Assembly (NCBI RefSeq): GCF_000018465.1
Contig: NC_010085.1
Location: 570,001 to 602,000, forward strand
Direction of reading: 5' to 3'
Length of the DNA: 32,000 nucleotides
Origin: Nitrosopumilus maritimus SCM1
GTDB taxonomy: Archaea; Thermoproteota; Nitrososphaeria; Nitrososphaerales; Nitrosopumilaceae
Below are positions 1 to 9,022 of the stretch, in pieces. The notes beneath the pieces were generated by a model. That model was not told the origin of the DNA, did not search any database, and saw only the letters and a list, made by a program, of their open reading frames with translations. The position numbers were made by a program, and so were the translations under genes. Positions within the stretch are counted from its first letter, which is position 1; every line of letters begins with the position of its first letter.

Positions 1-328
1 TTGAAAAAATATAATCAAACTTTCCTCCATACTTCCATGATTCAATGTCCGTATGAACAAATCCTTCTTTCTTACTAACTATCTTCTTTTTTGCTTGAAT
101 GATCATTTTCTTGCTTTTATCAATCCCTATTGCTCTTTTACAATTATTCTCTTTTGCAATTTTTCTTACAACCCATCCATTTCCACATCCTACGTCAAGA
201 AAAGTAAATGGTCCATCAAATGATATTGAATTCAAAAATTTTGATACATTTTTTCCGTGCTCAACTTCCATTAATTCTGCTCTACCATTTTGAGCCCACT
301 CATCAAATGTTCTTCTGACCCCGTCCAT
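1..328 (-). CDS. Class I SAM-dependent methyltransferase, N-terminal part (gene runs off the left edge)
   Basis: Reading the reverse complement from CAT at 326-328 gives an open frame to base 1: MDGVRRTFDEWAQNGRAELMEVEHGKNVSKFLNSISFDGPFTFLDVGCGNGWVVRKIAKENCKRAIGIDKSKKMI...; contains the SAM-binding motif I 'FLDVGCGNG'. Absent from the ORF track because it is truncated. Confidence 0.85.
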   Translation of the reverse strand, partial: MDGVRRTFDEWAQNGRAELMEVEHGKNVSKFLNSISFDGPFTFLDVGCGNGWVVRKIAKENNCKRAIGIDKSKKMIIQAKKKIVSKKEGFVHTDIESWKYGGKFDYIFS

Positions 329-438
329 GAATTTTGTTTTTTTATTTTACATTATAACCTTCGTCTTACTGATGATTTGGATGAATGATTCCTACGTGTG
401 TCTTATATTCAAATTTTACAAATAATATTTGAATAGAA

Positions 439-654
439 ATGCCTGATGAATCATGTAGAAGATGTGGTGGAAATCTAACCGAGCATACAAAATGTGCTCA
501 TTGTTTGAAACCTAACAGCATGATTTGTCAAGATTGTGCTATGTGCACTGTTGAGCAATTTCATTCAATTTGTGTGTCTGTGGAGACGAATCAAATCAAT
601 ACCGTGCCATTTTTCAAGTCTGACAGCTACTATGACGTAGCTGTCATGGCTTGA
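439..654 (+). CDS. Small cysteine-rich (putative zinc-ribbon) protein
   Basis: 71 aa ORF with CRRC, CAHC, CQDCAMC cysteine pairs; complete start/stop; compact intergenic spacing. Confidence 0.6.
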   Translation: MPDESCRRCGGNLTEHTKCAHCLKPNSMICQDCAMCTVEQFHSICVSVETNQINTVPFFKSDSYYDVAVMA

Positions 655-702
655 TTTTAAAACAAGATATTACTGATGATTACTGCCTAAATCTTAAGTA
701 TA

Positions 703-3681
703 ATGAGCCTCGGTTTTCACTTTGTGAGGCAAATTCCAATTGTTTTGTGCTTGTTTGTGATCTTACTGATGCCTGTGTATGCCTTTGCTCAGAGTCCTGA
801 TAGAATAACTATTCTTGATAATTTTGGAGATTATGAACATGGTGAACCCCTATTTGTTTATGGACAGATTGCCAATTTGGTTGATGATTCTTTCCTGATA
901 ATGCAAATCATAAACCCTCATGGAGATTTATGTCAAATCCAACAACTAATTCCACAAGAAAATGGCGTGTTTCTTACTGATGTCATTCCATTAAAGGGTA
1001 GAATATGTGGGCTCCCTGGTGAATATGAAATTAAATTATTTTATGGTGATTACACAAAATCTACTAAATTCAATGTGTCTTCTGATATTCACTCTGAATC
1101 AACTACTGAACAAAAAGTTCTCTTAGCACAAACCTTGGTATCTGAACATGCCTCATTGATTAGTGAAACATTTGATATTTCAAATCCTATATCTAATGAA
1201 ATTCCTGACACTCTATCTGAATTAAAATCAACATACGTGGATTTGTGGGATGAATTTTTTGTTGATGAATTAATTTTTGAAATTAATCCTTTGATAAGAC
1301 CTGCTGTTGTAAATTCTTTGGATTCTGTACAGGAACTATTGGACCAAGATGAAATTTCTTTTGAAATTGCAAAATCTATAGAAAGAACTGTTTTTGAAGC
1401 AATATTTTATTATGAAATTAATGATAAAACAACTGCAATCAATTTACTATCTGATATTTTTGTTGACATTACAAATGTAAATCCTGAAAAAACTGTTTCT
1501 CCACGGGCTCCTTCATTTGATGAGTTAGAAGAAACTCTGCTAAACTTGATGAAAAAATCTGATACTGTTATGAGTAAATCTGTAAAAACTGAAATTGGCT
1601 TTATTTTTGCAAGAGGAACTGCTCCAATTTACTCTGATGATATTACTGAATTAATCGACCTTCTTTCAAAATCAAGATATCTTGATATTGTTTCTAGAAA
1701 ACAAAGTGACCTGTATAGACTTGTCAACAATGATTGGGAATCAGTAAAACCTTCTCTTACTGAAAAAGAATCTATATCTGAGTTACTTGCATCTAGTGCC
1801 CGTGTGTCTGAATTACACCAAGCATCAATTATCCTAAAAGACATGTCTGATGTTGAAAGATTTGTATCTTCAGATTCTGAAGAAAACACTGATCTTATTA
1901 ATTTGGTAAAACCTGAATGGGATAATTTAGAATCTAAACTAGTCTTAGCTACATCTGTTGATGAAATCTTAGAATCTGAATCTGAAATTGATCAAATGGT
2001 TCAGGTTATTGAAATTTCTTCTAGACTAGGAAAAATAATTGAAATTTCTCAAATCAGTAATGTTGATTCTGGACTAACATCTGATTGGAAATCTCTTTTA
2101 GAAACAGTTGAAAATGCTCAATCTGTTGATGAAATTTTAGCAGTGGTATCTGAATTTGATCAAACCATGACTGAACTTAGGGAAAAACGTAACCCCTTGG
2201 TAGTCTTGGAATTTGAATACAAGAGTATGAAAGAAAAAGCAGAATTGCAAGCTGACTATCAAAACTTGTTCTTGATTGATAATGCTTTGAATATACTAGA
2301 GACTGCAAAACAAATGGAATCTGGAAATCCCTCTATTACTAGAATTGATAGGATTGAAGTTTTGTTAAGTTGGGCAAGTGAAAAAGCTCCTCAAATCAAA
2401 GAGGATTTGGATTCTTATGATAAAGATGCCTTTAAGATTAGAGCAAGTGACATTTTACAAAGAGCAAAATCTCTTGAAAATCTAGTCGAACTGAGTCTGA
2501 CTAAAAATCGATTTTTACCTAATTACATTGAATTTACAGACAAACTTAACGAAAAAATAGATAATGTCCGAGATTTAGTTATTCAAAATGATCTTGAACA
2601 AGCAGACATACTAGTTCGTGAATTATTTGATGAATGGACTCTTGTATCTGAAAAATATGTTGAAGATCCTTATGGTTCAGATGTTGGATATAATGTTGAT
2701 GAAATCAAACGTATTGAATTCCGTGAAAGACTACAAACCTATTCTGATATGACTTCTACATTTTACAATAATGATTTTACAAATCATGTTGATGGATACA
2801 AACAATTAATGAATGAAGCCTATGAGTTAATTGACATTGGTAATTTTGTAGATGCTGAATCTAAGGTTACAGAAATTGGAGATTACCTTAGTGATTATCT
2901 AGTTTTGAAAACTCCTAGTATAATGTATGATATTTCTTATGATCATGAAAAAGATATTTGGATTCTAAATGGTGCTACTGAAAAATCTAGATTTGATTAT
3001 CGTGAAAACTTGTATGTTACTGTATACAACATGGATGGTACTCTTCATAGTAATATGGAATTCACTGATACTAGACAAGGAAACTTTTACACTCAATGGA
3101 ATGCGCCTGCAGAGTCAGGACTATATGTTGTGATGTTACAATACAAAGATTCCAAAGCTACTCAGATTGTTCACATTGAAGAAGAGTTTGAGTACACATA
3201 CAATTCTTCAGATTTAGACATGGTTGATTTGGCACGTGAATTTGAAGAATTAGAATCGTTTGCACAAAAATTTGGTGGTGAGAACTTTGATAATAATTCT
3301 AGATTTGCTTCTGTAATTACTGAGATAAAGGCTGGATTTGATGACAAAGATGCTCAAAGTGTGGGTAATAATCTTGATGAATTGAGAACCATCATTGAAC
3401 GCTATCTTCCAATACGAAATCCTAATGCTCCTATTGAGGCAATATATGCTGAAAATGAACTAGTCATTAGTGGACGAATTCTCAAAACTGTTCAATTTAG
3501 TGAAGATCTCTTTATTGATATCTATAATCAACGTGGAGAACGTGTAGAAGAAATTGCCCTTAAAGATGATCCAAGTGGATTATTCAACAAAGTGATTTCA
3601 CAACCATTTGAAAATGGTGTCTATGTTGTTCAGTTACAATATCATGATTTGATAGTAACTGATTTCTTTAAAGTCCCTTGA
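703..3681 (+). CDS. Large secreted protein of 992 aa with signal peptide, helical central region and Ig-like/beta-sandwich-type modules
   Basis: N-terminal hydrophobic signal 'IPIVLCLFVILLMPVYAFAQS'; long uninterrupted ORF; similar modules near the C-terminus ('ENLYVTVYNMDGTL...SGLYVVMLQYKD' and 'EDLFIDIYNQRGER...NGVYVVQLQYHD'). Confidence 0.85.
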   Translation: MSLGFHFVRQIPIVLCLFVILLMPVYAFAQSPDRITILDNFGDYEHGEPLFVYGQIANLVDDSFLIMQIINPHGDLCQIQQLIPQENGVFLTDVIPLKGRICGLPGEYEIKLFYGDYTKSTKFNVSSDIHSESTTEQKVLLAQTLVSEHASLISETFDISNPISNEIPDTLSELKSTYVDLWDEFFVDELIFEINPLIRPAVVNSLDSVQELLDQDEISFEIAKSIERTVFEAIFYYEINDKTTAINLLSDIFVDITNVNPEKTVSPRAPSFDELEETLLNLMKKSDTVMSKSVKTEIGFIFARGTAPIYSDDITELIDLLSKSRYLDIVSRKQSDLYRLVNNDWESVKPSLTEKESISELLASSARVSELHQASIILKDMSDVERFVSSDSEENTDLINLVKPEWDNLESKLVLATSVDEILESESEIDQMVQVIEISSRLGKIIEISQISNVDSGLTSDWKSLLETVENAQSVDEILAVVSEFDQTMTELREKRNPLVVLEFEYKSMKEKAELQADYQNLFLIDNALNILETAKQMESGNPSITRIDRIEVLLSWASEKAPQIKEDLDSYDKDAFKIRASDILQRAKSLENLVELSLTKNRFLPNYIEFTDKLNEKIDNVRDLVIQNDLEQADILVRELFDEWTLVSEKYVEDPYGSDVGYNVDEIKRIEFRERLQTYSDMTSTFYNNDFTNHVDGYKQLMNEAYELIDIGNFVDAESKVTEIGDYLSDYLVLKTPSIMYDISYDHEKDIWILNGATEKSRFDYRENLYVTVYNMDGTLHSNMEFTDTRQGNFYTQWNAPAESGLYVVMLQYKDSKATQIVHIEEEFEYTYNSSDLDMVDLAREFEELESFAQKFGGENFDNNSRFASVITEIKAGFDDKDAQSVGNNLDELRTIIERYLPIRNPNAPIEAIYAENELVISGRILKTVQFSEDLFIDIYNQRGERVEEIALKDDPSGLFNKVISQPFENGVYVVQLQYHDLIVTDFFKVP

Positions 3682-4890
3682 TTAGCTTTTACCTTTTACT
3701 AAGTTGAACAATTGTCGTACTGCAAGTTTTGGGTGATTGGTTGCAAGTTTTAGCATATTGGATAATCCAAAGTCTGCTTTAATGAAATCCAAGAATTCTT
3801 CAGGTTTTAACTCACTGATAATGTCCAATTCTTTGTCCCAATCTTTATCTGTTAAACCAATCCACCTGTCTTGCACTTTTCCTGCAGATTTTATTTTAGA
3901 TTCAATTGCTTTTTTCCAATTATCTTCATACTCTGATAATTTTTTTTCTGATGTGTCATTTGCTTTAATTGCCTTTGATGCAACATCTCCTGCTATTCTT
4001 CCAAATTTTATTGCATAACGTATTCCCTCTAAAACCAAAGGATTAGCTTGTCCTGCTGAATCCCCAACCAAAATCAAATTATCATAAACTGTCTTTCTTG
4101 AAAGTCCATCATTTGGAATTAATCCATAATGGAATTCTATAGGTTCAATTTTGCCTAAATTTGCAATTGGTCCTTCTTTGTTTTCAATGAGTTCTTTTAG
4201 TCTTGCAGTAGGGTCAACTGGAGAATCTGGTTTTCCAATGCCTACTCCAATCCTTGCAATATTGTCTCCTAATGGAAAAATCCATGCATATCCTGCAGGA
4301 GAGTATTTTTCTCCAACCATCAACCACCATGTATCTGCTTTAACATGCTCTACCTTTGCTTCATATTCTGCACCGGCACCAAATCTTTCCCATTGTTTTA
4401 CAAAACCCATAGATTTTGCAACAGTTGATTGAAAACCACTTGCATCAATGACTACTTTGCCAAAAAATTCAATTTCTTTTTCATTTTGTATTGCTTTAAC
4501 TCCAATTATTTTTCCTGATTCATCTTTAATTACATCTTTTACCGTAGTATTAACAACAATTTCTGTACCTTGTGCTTCTGCTTGAGATGCCAACCATCGA
4601 TACGTCTTTCTTACATCAAGTACTGCAGAGCGAGCAACAGTGTCTCCAATACTTACTTTGTTGTTTGGTGAATAAAATTCAAAATTTTTTACTGGATTGT
4701 AACAATCTTCTGGAATTCCAAACTCTTCAATATTTTGAATCCATGTAACCCCACTAGTTCTAACTGATTCTGCAATGGATTCTTCTTTTTCAATTAATAT
4801 TACTTTCAATCCATTCTTTGAAGCAGTGTATGCAGCTGATGATCCTGCAGGACCTCCTCCAACTACTACTAAATCATAAATGTCTGACAA
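3682..4890 (-). CDS. FAD-dependent geranylgeranyl reductase family protein (archaeal lipid saturation-type flavoprotein)
   Basis: 402 aa; N-terminal Rossmann motif 'YDLVVVGGGPAGSSAAY', 'GDSAGQANPLVLEGIRYAIKFGRIAG' typical of GGR/UbiH-like flavoproteins. Confidence 0.85.
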   Translation of the reverse strand: MSDIYDLVVVGGGPAGSSAAYTASKNGLKVILIEKEESIAESVRTSGVTWIQNIEEFGIPEDCYNPVKNFEFYSPNNKVSIGDTVARSAVLDVRKTYRWLASQAEAQGTEIVVNTTVKDVIKDESGKIIGVKAIQNEKEIEFFGKVVIDASGFQSTVAKSMGFVKQWERFGAGAEYEAKVEHVKADTWWLMVGEKYSPAGYAWIFPLGDNIARIGVGIGKPDSPVDPTARLKELIENKEGPIANLGKIEPIEFHYGLIPNDGLSRKTVYDNLILVGDSAGQANPLVLEGIRYAIKFGRIAGDVASKAIKANDTSEKKLSEYEDNWKKAIESKIKSAGKVQDRWIGLTDKDWDKELDIISELKPEEFLDFIKADFGLSNMLKLATNHPKLAVRQLFNLVKGKS

Positions 4891-4938
4891 TTGGTTTGAA
4901 TCAATAACATCTAGGATATAATTTTGAGGTCTGAAAAA

Positions 4939-5166
4939 TTATTTTTTCAATACAGGCACACCGTTTGAATCGTTCTCTCTTTCAGGATCAAAAGAGTTCA
5001 TGTGTGCTAGGTCTCTATGCATGTAACTATGGGTGCTTCCCCCTTCTTTTCTACAGAATTTGGAATGAATTGTTTTTTCTACTTCTAATGTGGTCTCATT
5101 TTCATGAAATAGACGTTTTCCACACTCTGGACATGTCCATTCAGGCATGAATTTCGTCAGTATCAA
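4939..5166 (-). CDS. Small zinc-finger protein
   Basis: 75 aa with 'WTCPECGKRLFHENETTLEVEKTIHSKFC', a CxxC...HxxxC zinc-finger-like arrangement. Confidence 0.65.
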   Translation of the reverse strand: MILTKFMPEWTCPECGKRLFHENETTLEVEKTIHSKFCRKEGGSTHSYMHRDLAHMNSFDPERENDSNGVPVLKK

Positions 5167-5240
5167 ATCTATTTAGATGTTTCAGAGACAAAAACATCTC
5201 TGATCCTAAACTTTAGATGTTCAAAACTCCCTTATTTTTC

Positions 5241-5366
5241 ATGGATGAATCTGAAATCTCATCTTTTGTAATGTGGTCTGTAGTTACTGGAATCATTATG
5301 CTTGTTACTGGATTAAGTTATCGTGCATATGTGAGGAAAAATAATCATGAGATCTCTTCATCTTGA
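5241..5366 (+). CDS. Putative small single-pass membrane protein (41 aa)
   Basis: ATG at 5241 to TGA at 5364-5366: MDESEISSFVMWSVVTGIIMLVTGLSYRAYVRKNNHEISSS; one hydrophobic helix followed by a basic patch; overlaps the next ORF start by 20 nt. Below the ORF-track length cut-off. Confidence 0.5.
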   Translation: MDESEISSFVMWSVVTGIIMLVTGLSYRAYVRKNNHEISSS

Positions 5367-5928
5367 AAAAAAGGGCTTACGTGGATTAGCAATCGCTGAA
5401 AGTTTTAGACAAAATTCTACAAAATCTGTTCTTGCAGGAGTTGTTATGAGAAGAGATTTTGTTATTGATGGTTTTGTTTTTGGTAATGCCACTTTGGAAG
5501 GAAATGATGCAACTGATGCAATATTGAGAATGTGTGATGATTTGAAGAGACCTGATATTAGCTATGTTTTGATTTCTGGATTAATTGTCTCAATGTATAA
5601 CATTATTGATATCAAAAAATTGTTTGGCATCTTGAAAATTCCAATTATCGGAGTTTCATATCATGACTCATTAGGAATTGAAGACTCTCTAAAACATCAT
5701 TTCCCAGATTCATTTGAATCAAAACTAAAAGATTATGAAAAATTAGGACAACGTGAAAAAATTACTCTGAGTACATCTCATGATGTCTATGTTAGAAAAG
5801 AAGGATGTACATTAACTGAAGTAAAACATCTTCTTGATGATTTAACATTGCACGGCTCTATTTCTGAACCGATTAGAGTATCTCAACTATTAGCAAAAAC
5901 ATTACTTGAGAAAGGACTATCCTTCTGA
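5347..5928 (+). CDS. DUF99 / UPF0215 family protein (endonuclease V-like fold)
   Basis: 193 aa; 'GLRGLAIAESF', 'FVIDGFVFGNATLEGNDATDAI', 'YVLISGLIVSMYNIID', 'GVSYHDS' match the archaeal DUF99 pattern. Confidence 0.8.
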   Translation: MRSLHLEKKGLRGLAIAESFRQNSTKSVLAGVVMRRDFVIDGFVFGNATLEGNDATDAILRMCDDLKRPDISYVLISGLIVSMYNIIDIKKLFGILKIPIIGVSYHDSLGIEDSLKHHFPDSFESKLKDYEKLGQREKITLSTSHDVYVRKEGCTLTEVKHLLDDLTLHGSISEPIRVSQLLAKTLLEKGLSF

Positions 5929-6678
5929 AGCTGTCTTTCCACCATCAACATTTAGAATCGTGCCAGTAACCCAACTCGCTTCATCTGAAGCCAAGTATGC
6001 TACTGCATTTGCAACGTCTTCTGGCTCTCCGACCCTTGCAAGTGGTAATCTTTCCTCTAGTACTTTTCTTGCTTGTGGGTCATCAAGGTATGGCTTTATC
6101 GAGCCTGAATTGATTATTCCAGGATTGACACAATTACATCTAATGTTTCTTCTTGCATATTCTACTGCAATTGACTTTGTAAACATTGGAATTGCTGCTT
6201 TTGTTGCAGAATAAACTGCCAAGTGCACTCGTGGAATTGCTCTCTCACTTGAGATGGAGCCAATGTTTACAATTGAACCGCTTTTGACATCTGCCATTTT
6301 TGTCAAAACAGCTTTTGTCATATTGAAAACTCCTAGTAAGTTCACATTGATGAGTTTTTGAATCTCTGAATTTTGCATTTCATGAAAATGAATTGGATCA
6401 TTAATTGCACCTGCATTGTTTACAAGAATGTCTATCTTCCCATATGTATCCATAATTTGATTTACAACTTGTAGTGTTTGAGATTCATCTACTAAATCAC
6501 AAGTCATAGCTGCAGTTGAATCTTCATTTCCTATCTCTTTTCTTGTATTTTCTAATCCTTCTAGATTTCTTGCAATAAGAATTACTTTTGCTCCTTCTTC
6601 GACAAATTTCTTGGCAATGCCTTTTCCAATGTCACTTGATGCTCCTGTAACAATTGCTACTTTGTCATTTAATTTCAC
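5917..6678 (-). CDS. Short-chain dehydrogenase/reductase (FabG-like SDR)
   Basis: 253 aa; '[19 protein letters not shown]' cofactor motif, 'LVNNAG', 'YSATKAA' YxxxK catalytic motif, 'NVDGGKT' C-terminus. Confidence 0.9.
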   Translation of the reverse strand: MKLNDKVAIVTGASSDIGKGIAKKFVEEGAKVILIARNLEGLENTRKEIGNEDSTAAMTCDLVDESQTLQVVNQIMDTYGKIDILVNNAGAINDPIHFHEMQNSEIQKLINVNLLGVFNMTKAVLTKMADVKSGSIVNIGSISSERAIPRVHLAVYSATKAAIPMFTKSIAVEYARRNIRCNCVNPGIINSGSIKPYLDDPQARKVLEERLPLARVGEPEDVANAVAYLASDEASWVTGTILNVDGGKTASEG

Positions 6679-6731
6679 GTTTTATTATGGTCGTAATTGC
6701 TTATAGAATTTTTGTTGAATTTCGTTCCTGA

Positions 6732-7610
6732 TTATTTGGATTCATTAATTCTTTTAATATATTCAATAATTCCAGTATAATCGATTCCACCTAATCCTTC
6801 TTTTACTGCATTTCCATACACTTCTTCTGCTTTTTCTATCATGGGTAATTTGATTCCTAAAGATTTTGCAGCATTAGTCATTGTGATAATGTCTTTTTTG
6901 AGATTTTCAAGTGTAAATGTTGGGTCATATTTTCCATCTATCATCTTGAATGCTTTGTTTTCACTCATTCCTGTTTTAAAATAAGTAGAATTTAGAATTT
7001 CAAGAAAAATTTTAGGATCAACATCTGCTTTTTTGACTAGTGTAATTCCTTCTGATAGTGCAAGTGCTAACATGGTAATTTGTAGATTCATAGCTAACTT
7101 GATAGAATGCGCAACTCCTTTCTCACCTAAGAAAAAGACTTTGTTTGCAATTTTTTCAAATACTTTCTTGCACTCTTCAAAACTTTCTTTATTTCCTGAT
7201 GCCATCATGACTAGATCACCTGTAATTGCAACATTGGGCCCTCCCATAACTGGTATGTCTAATTTGTGTATGCCAAACTCTAAAAATTTGTCTGATATAT
7301 TTTTGGATTCTGAAGGATCTATGGTGCTCATATCTGCAACAATTAATTTTTTGTTTTCACTTTTGATGATTCCTTCTCTTTCAAATGATACTTCTTTTAC
7401 TGCATCTGCATCTTTTACTACAATAATTACCAAATCTGATTTTTCTGCAACTTCTTTTGGAGAATCTACAACTGTTGCACCTTTTTCCTTTGCTTGAATT
7501 GTTTTGTCTTTACTTCTATTGAATACTGTAACCTCGAATCCTGACTCTAACAAATGTAACCCTACTGCATTTCCTAGCATCCCTAATCCTACAATTCCAA
7601 TTTTTTTCAT
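6732..7610 (-). CDS. NAD(P)-binding beta-hydroxyacid dehydrogenase (3-hydroxyisobutyrate / 6-phosphogluconate dehydrogenase-like)
   Basis: 292 aa; 'KIGIVGLGMLGNAVGLHLLESGFEVTVFNR', 'DIPVMGGPNVA', 'GEKGVAHSIKLAMNLQ' with conserved Lys region. Confidence 0.88.
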   Translation of the reverse strand: MKKIGIVGLGMLGNAVGLHLLESGFEVTVFNRSKDKTIQAKEKGATVVDSPKEVAEKSDLVIIVVKDADAVKEVSFEREGIIKSENKKLIVADMSTIDPSESKNISDKFLEFGIHKLDIPVMGGPNVAITGDLVMMASGNKESFEECKKVFEKIANKVFFLGEKGVAHSIKLAMNLQITMLALALSEGITLVKKADVDPKIFLEILNSTYFKTGMSENKAFKMIDGKYDPTFTLENLKKDIITMTNAAKSLGIKLPMIEKAEEVYGNAVKEGLGGIDYTGIIEYIKRINESK

Positions 7611-7613
7611 ATC

Positions 7614-8000
7614 TTAATGACGCTCCTCATCTTCAATTTCCCATTGACTATTGCCAAATCTTGGGGCTGAGAATTTCAATTGCCCTACTGTTTTATCTCC
7701 TCTTTTGACTTTGGCAAAATCAAATCTTTTCATACTTAGAACTTTGTCCTTTGGCTTGTATCCGCCTTCGATAACTTTGACTTTGAATCTTTTACTTGCT
7801 TTGATTATCAGTTTTCTTGCAACTTGTACATCTCCAATCCATGAGAACATTTCAAACTCGCCAAAATTCTTTGTGGCTACACTGTATCCGTAGAGCCTTG
7901 CCTCAAGTTTTATTTTCTGAGTTTTTGCATGTTCATTTAACCATGCAACCACTTCTTCGCCATGGCCTTTCTCAACTCCAAAAGTTTCAGAATCTCTCAT
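7614..8000 (-). CDS. Conserved hypothetical protein (128 aa)
   Basis: Complete ORF packed between annotated genes, same strand as 6732-7610, 3 nt gap; no family recognised. Confidence 0.7.
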   Translation of the reverse strand: MRDSETFGVEKGHGEEVVAWLNEHAKTQKIKLEARLYGYSVATKNFGEFEMFSWIGDVQVARKLIIKASKRFKVKVIEGGYKPKDKVLSMKRFDFAKVKRGDKTVGQLKFSAPRFGNSQWEIEDEERH

Positions 8001-8081
8001 CTACAAAAACCACAATATTGAACCATAATAATCATTTTCAACAATTGTTAAACTAAAATATTGATTTAATTCAAATTATTC

Positions 8082-8450
8082 ATGCTTACAGTTGACTGTA
8101 CCGATGTTTTGTCTATCAAACATGAACTTGTAGTTTATGTTTCTGACCAAGTTGCAGCCATTCCTACTTTAAAAAATAACCAATTTACTCTATCAACTTT
8201 GGATGATGATGAGGTAATTGATACACATACTGTGATTACTGCAATTAAGGAGTTTTTAGATTCAATTGATGAAGGAAGAAACTTTGCAGTTATTGGAAAT
8301 AATAATATGATCAGTATTACTTCTGTGTCTGGAAAAGTTATTGAAAGAGAACCTCCTCATCCACAAGAAATGTTTTCATGCTCTCATTGTGGATTTGTAA
8401 CTCAATACCAAGTTGAGCTAGAAACTCATATGAAAATCCATTATCTCTGA
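8082..8450 (+). CDS. Protein with C-terminal C2H2 zinc finger
   Basis: 122 aa ending 'FSCSHCGFVTQYQVELETHMKIHYL': CxxC-x12-HxxxH pattern. Confidence 0.75.
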   Translation: MLTVDCTDVLSIKHELVVYVSDQVAAIPTLKNNQFTLSTLDDDEVIDTHTVITAIKEFLDSIDEGRNFAVIGNNNMISITSVSGKVIEREPPHPQEMFSCSHCGFVTQYQVELETHMKIHYL

Positions 8451-8743
8451 ATTTTTTTAAAAATTCTAGGAATTGTATTTTTTTTAATTTCTGGAATTTC
8501 TATTGCCATTGCAAAATTGTAATGGGGAAACCTTTTCTTGTATTCAGAAATGTAACTTTGTGCTACATTTTGTGTTTTAAAATCAACTCTAACTCCTTCC
8601 AGTTTAACTTCTTTGCCAAAAACATCGTAAACTACTATCGAGTGCTTATCTGGTTTGATGTAGAATTTTGTACTGCAATACCATGCAATTCCTAATGTCA
8701 CTACAAAAAACCCTGTAACAAATTTGTCCAGAATTTTTCTCAT
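8441..8743 (-). CDS. Small membrane-anchored hypothetical protein (100 aa)
   Basis: Hydrophobic N-terminal segment 'FVTGFFVVTLGIAWYC'; convergent 10-nt overlap with the preceding ORF. Confidence 0.65.
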   Translation of the reverse strand: MRKILDKFVTGFFVVTLGIAWYCSTKFYIKPDKHSIVVYDVFGKEVKLEGVRVDFKTQNVAQSYISEYKKRFPHYNFAMAIEIPEIKKNTIPRIFKKIQR

Positions 8744-8764
8744 ATGTTGATTTTCAACAGGATC

Positions 8765-8770
8765 TTTATA
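8765..8770 (+). promoter_or_regulatory. Putative archaeal TATA box for a leaderless transcript of 8794-8991
   Basis: TTTATA in 'ggatctttataagc', about 26 nt upstream of ATG at 8794, which is the spacing expected for leaderless archaeal mRNAs. Confidence 0.5.
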
Positions 8771-8793
8771 AGCACTAATCCCTGTATTCTGTT

Positions 8794-8991
8794 ATGGATA
8801 GACCTTCTAGAAATAATGTCACCAAAGTTTATTGTGAAAAATGTGATCTAGTTTTTGAATCTAGACAGCAATTTGAAAAACATCTTGACAGCCATTCTTC
8901 TGGAGTTCAATGTGAAGTTTGTCCAATTGATACTGCAATTGCAAAATTTACTAGTTTGTTTAAGAGAAAATCCTCTCGAAATTTGGAATAA
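8794..8991 (+). CDS. C2H2 zinc-finger protein (65 aa)
   Basis: 'VYCEKCDLVFESRQQFEKHLDSH' is a CxxC-x12-HxxxH finger, followed by a second CxxC ('VQCEVC'). Confidence 0.75.
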   Translation: MDRPSRNNVTKVYCEKCDLVFESRQQFEKHLDSHSSGVQCEVCPIDTAIAKFTSLFKRKSSRNLE

Positions 8992-9022
8992 GTTTTTTTA
9001 ACTCATCTCATTTCTTCTGTAC

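Noticed and set aside
1629-1889. 86-aa minus-strand ORF
   Set aside because: Antisense to the secreted 992-aa protein, Ser/Asp-rich shadow frame.
3737-4432. Plus-strand ORFs 3737-4018 and 4151-4432
   Set aside because: Antisense to the strong geranylgeranyl-reductase-like CDS; no recognisable domain; low-complexity Ser/Pro/Leu content typical of shadow frames.
5906-6214. 102-aa plus-strand ORF after the DUF99 gene
   Set aside because: Antisense to the well-supported SDR gene; no domain.
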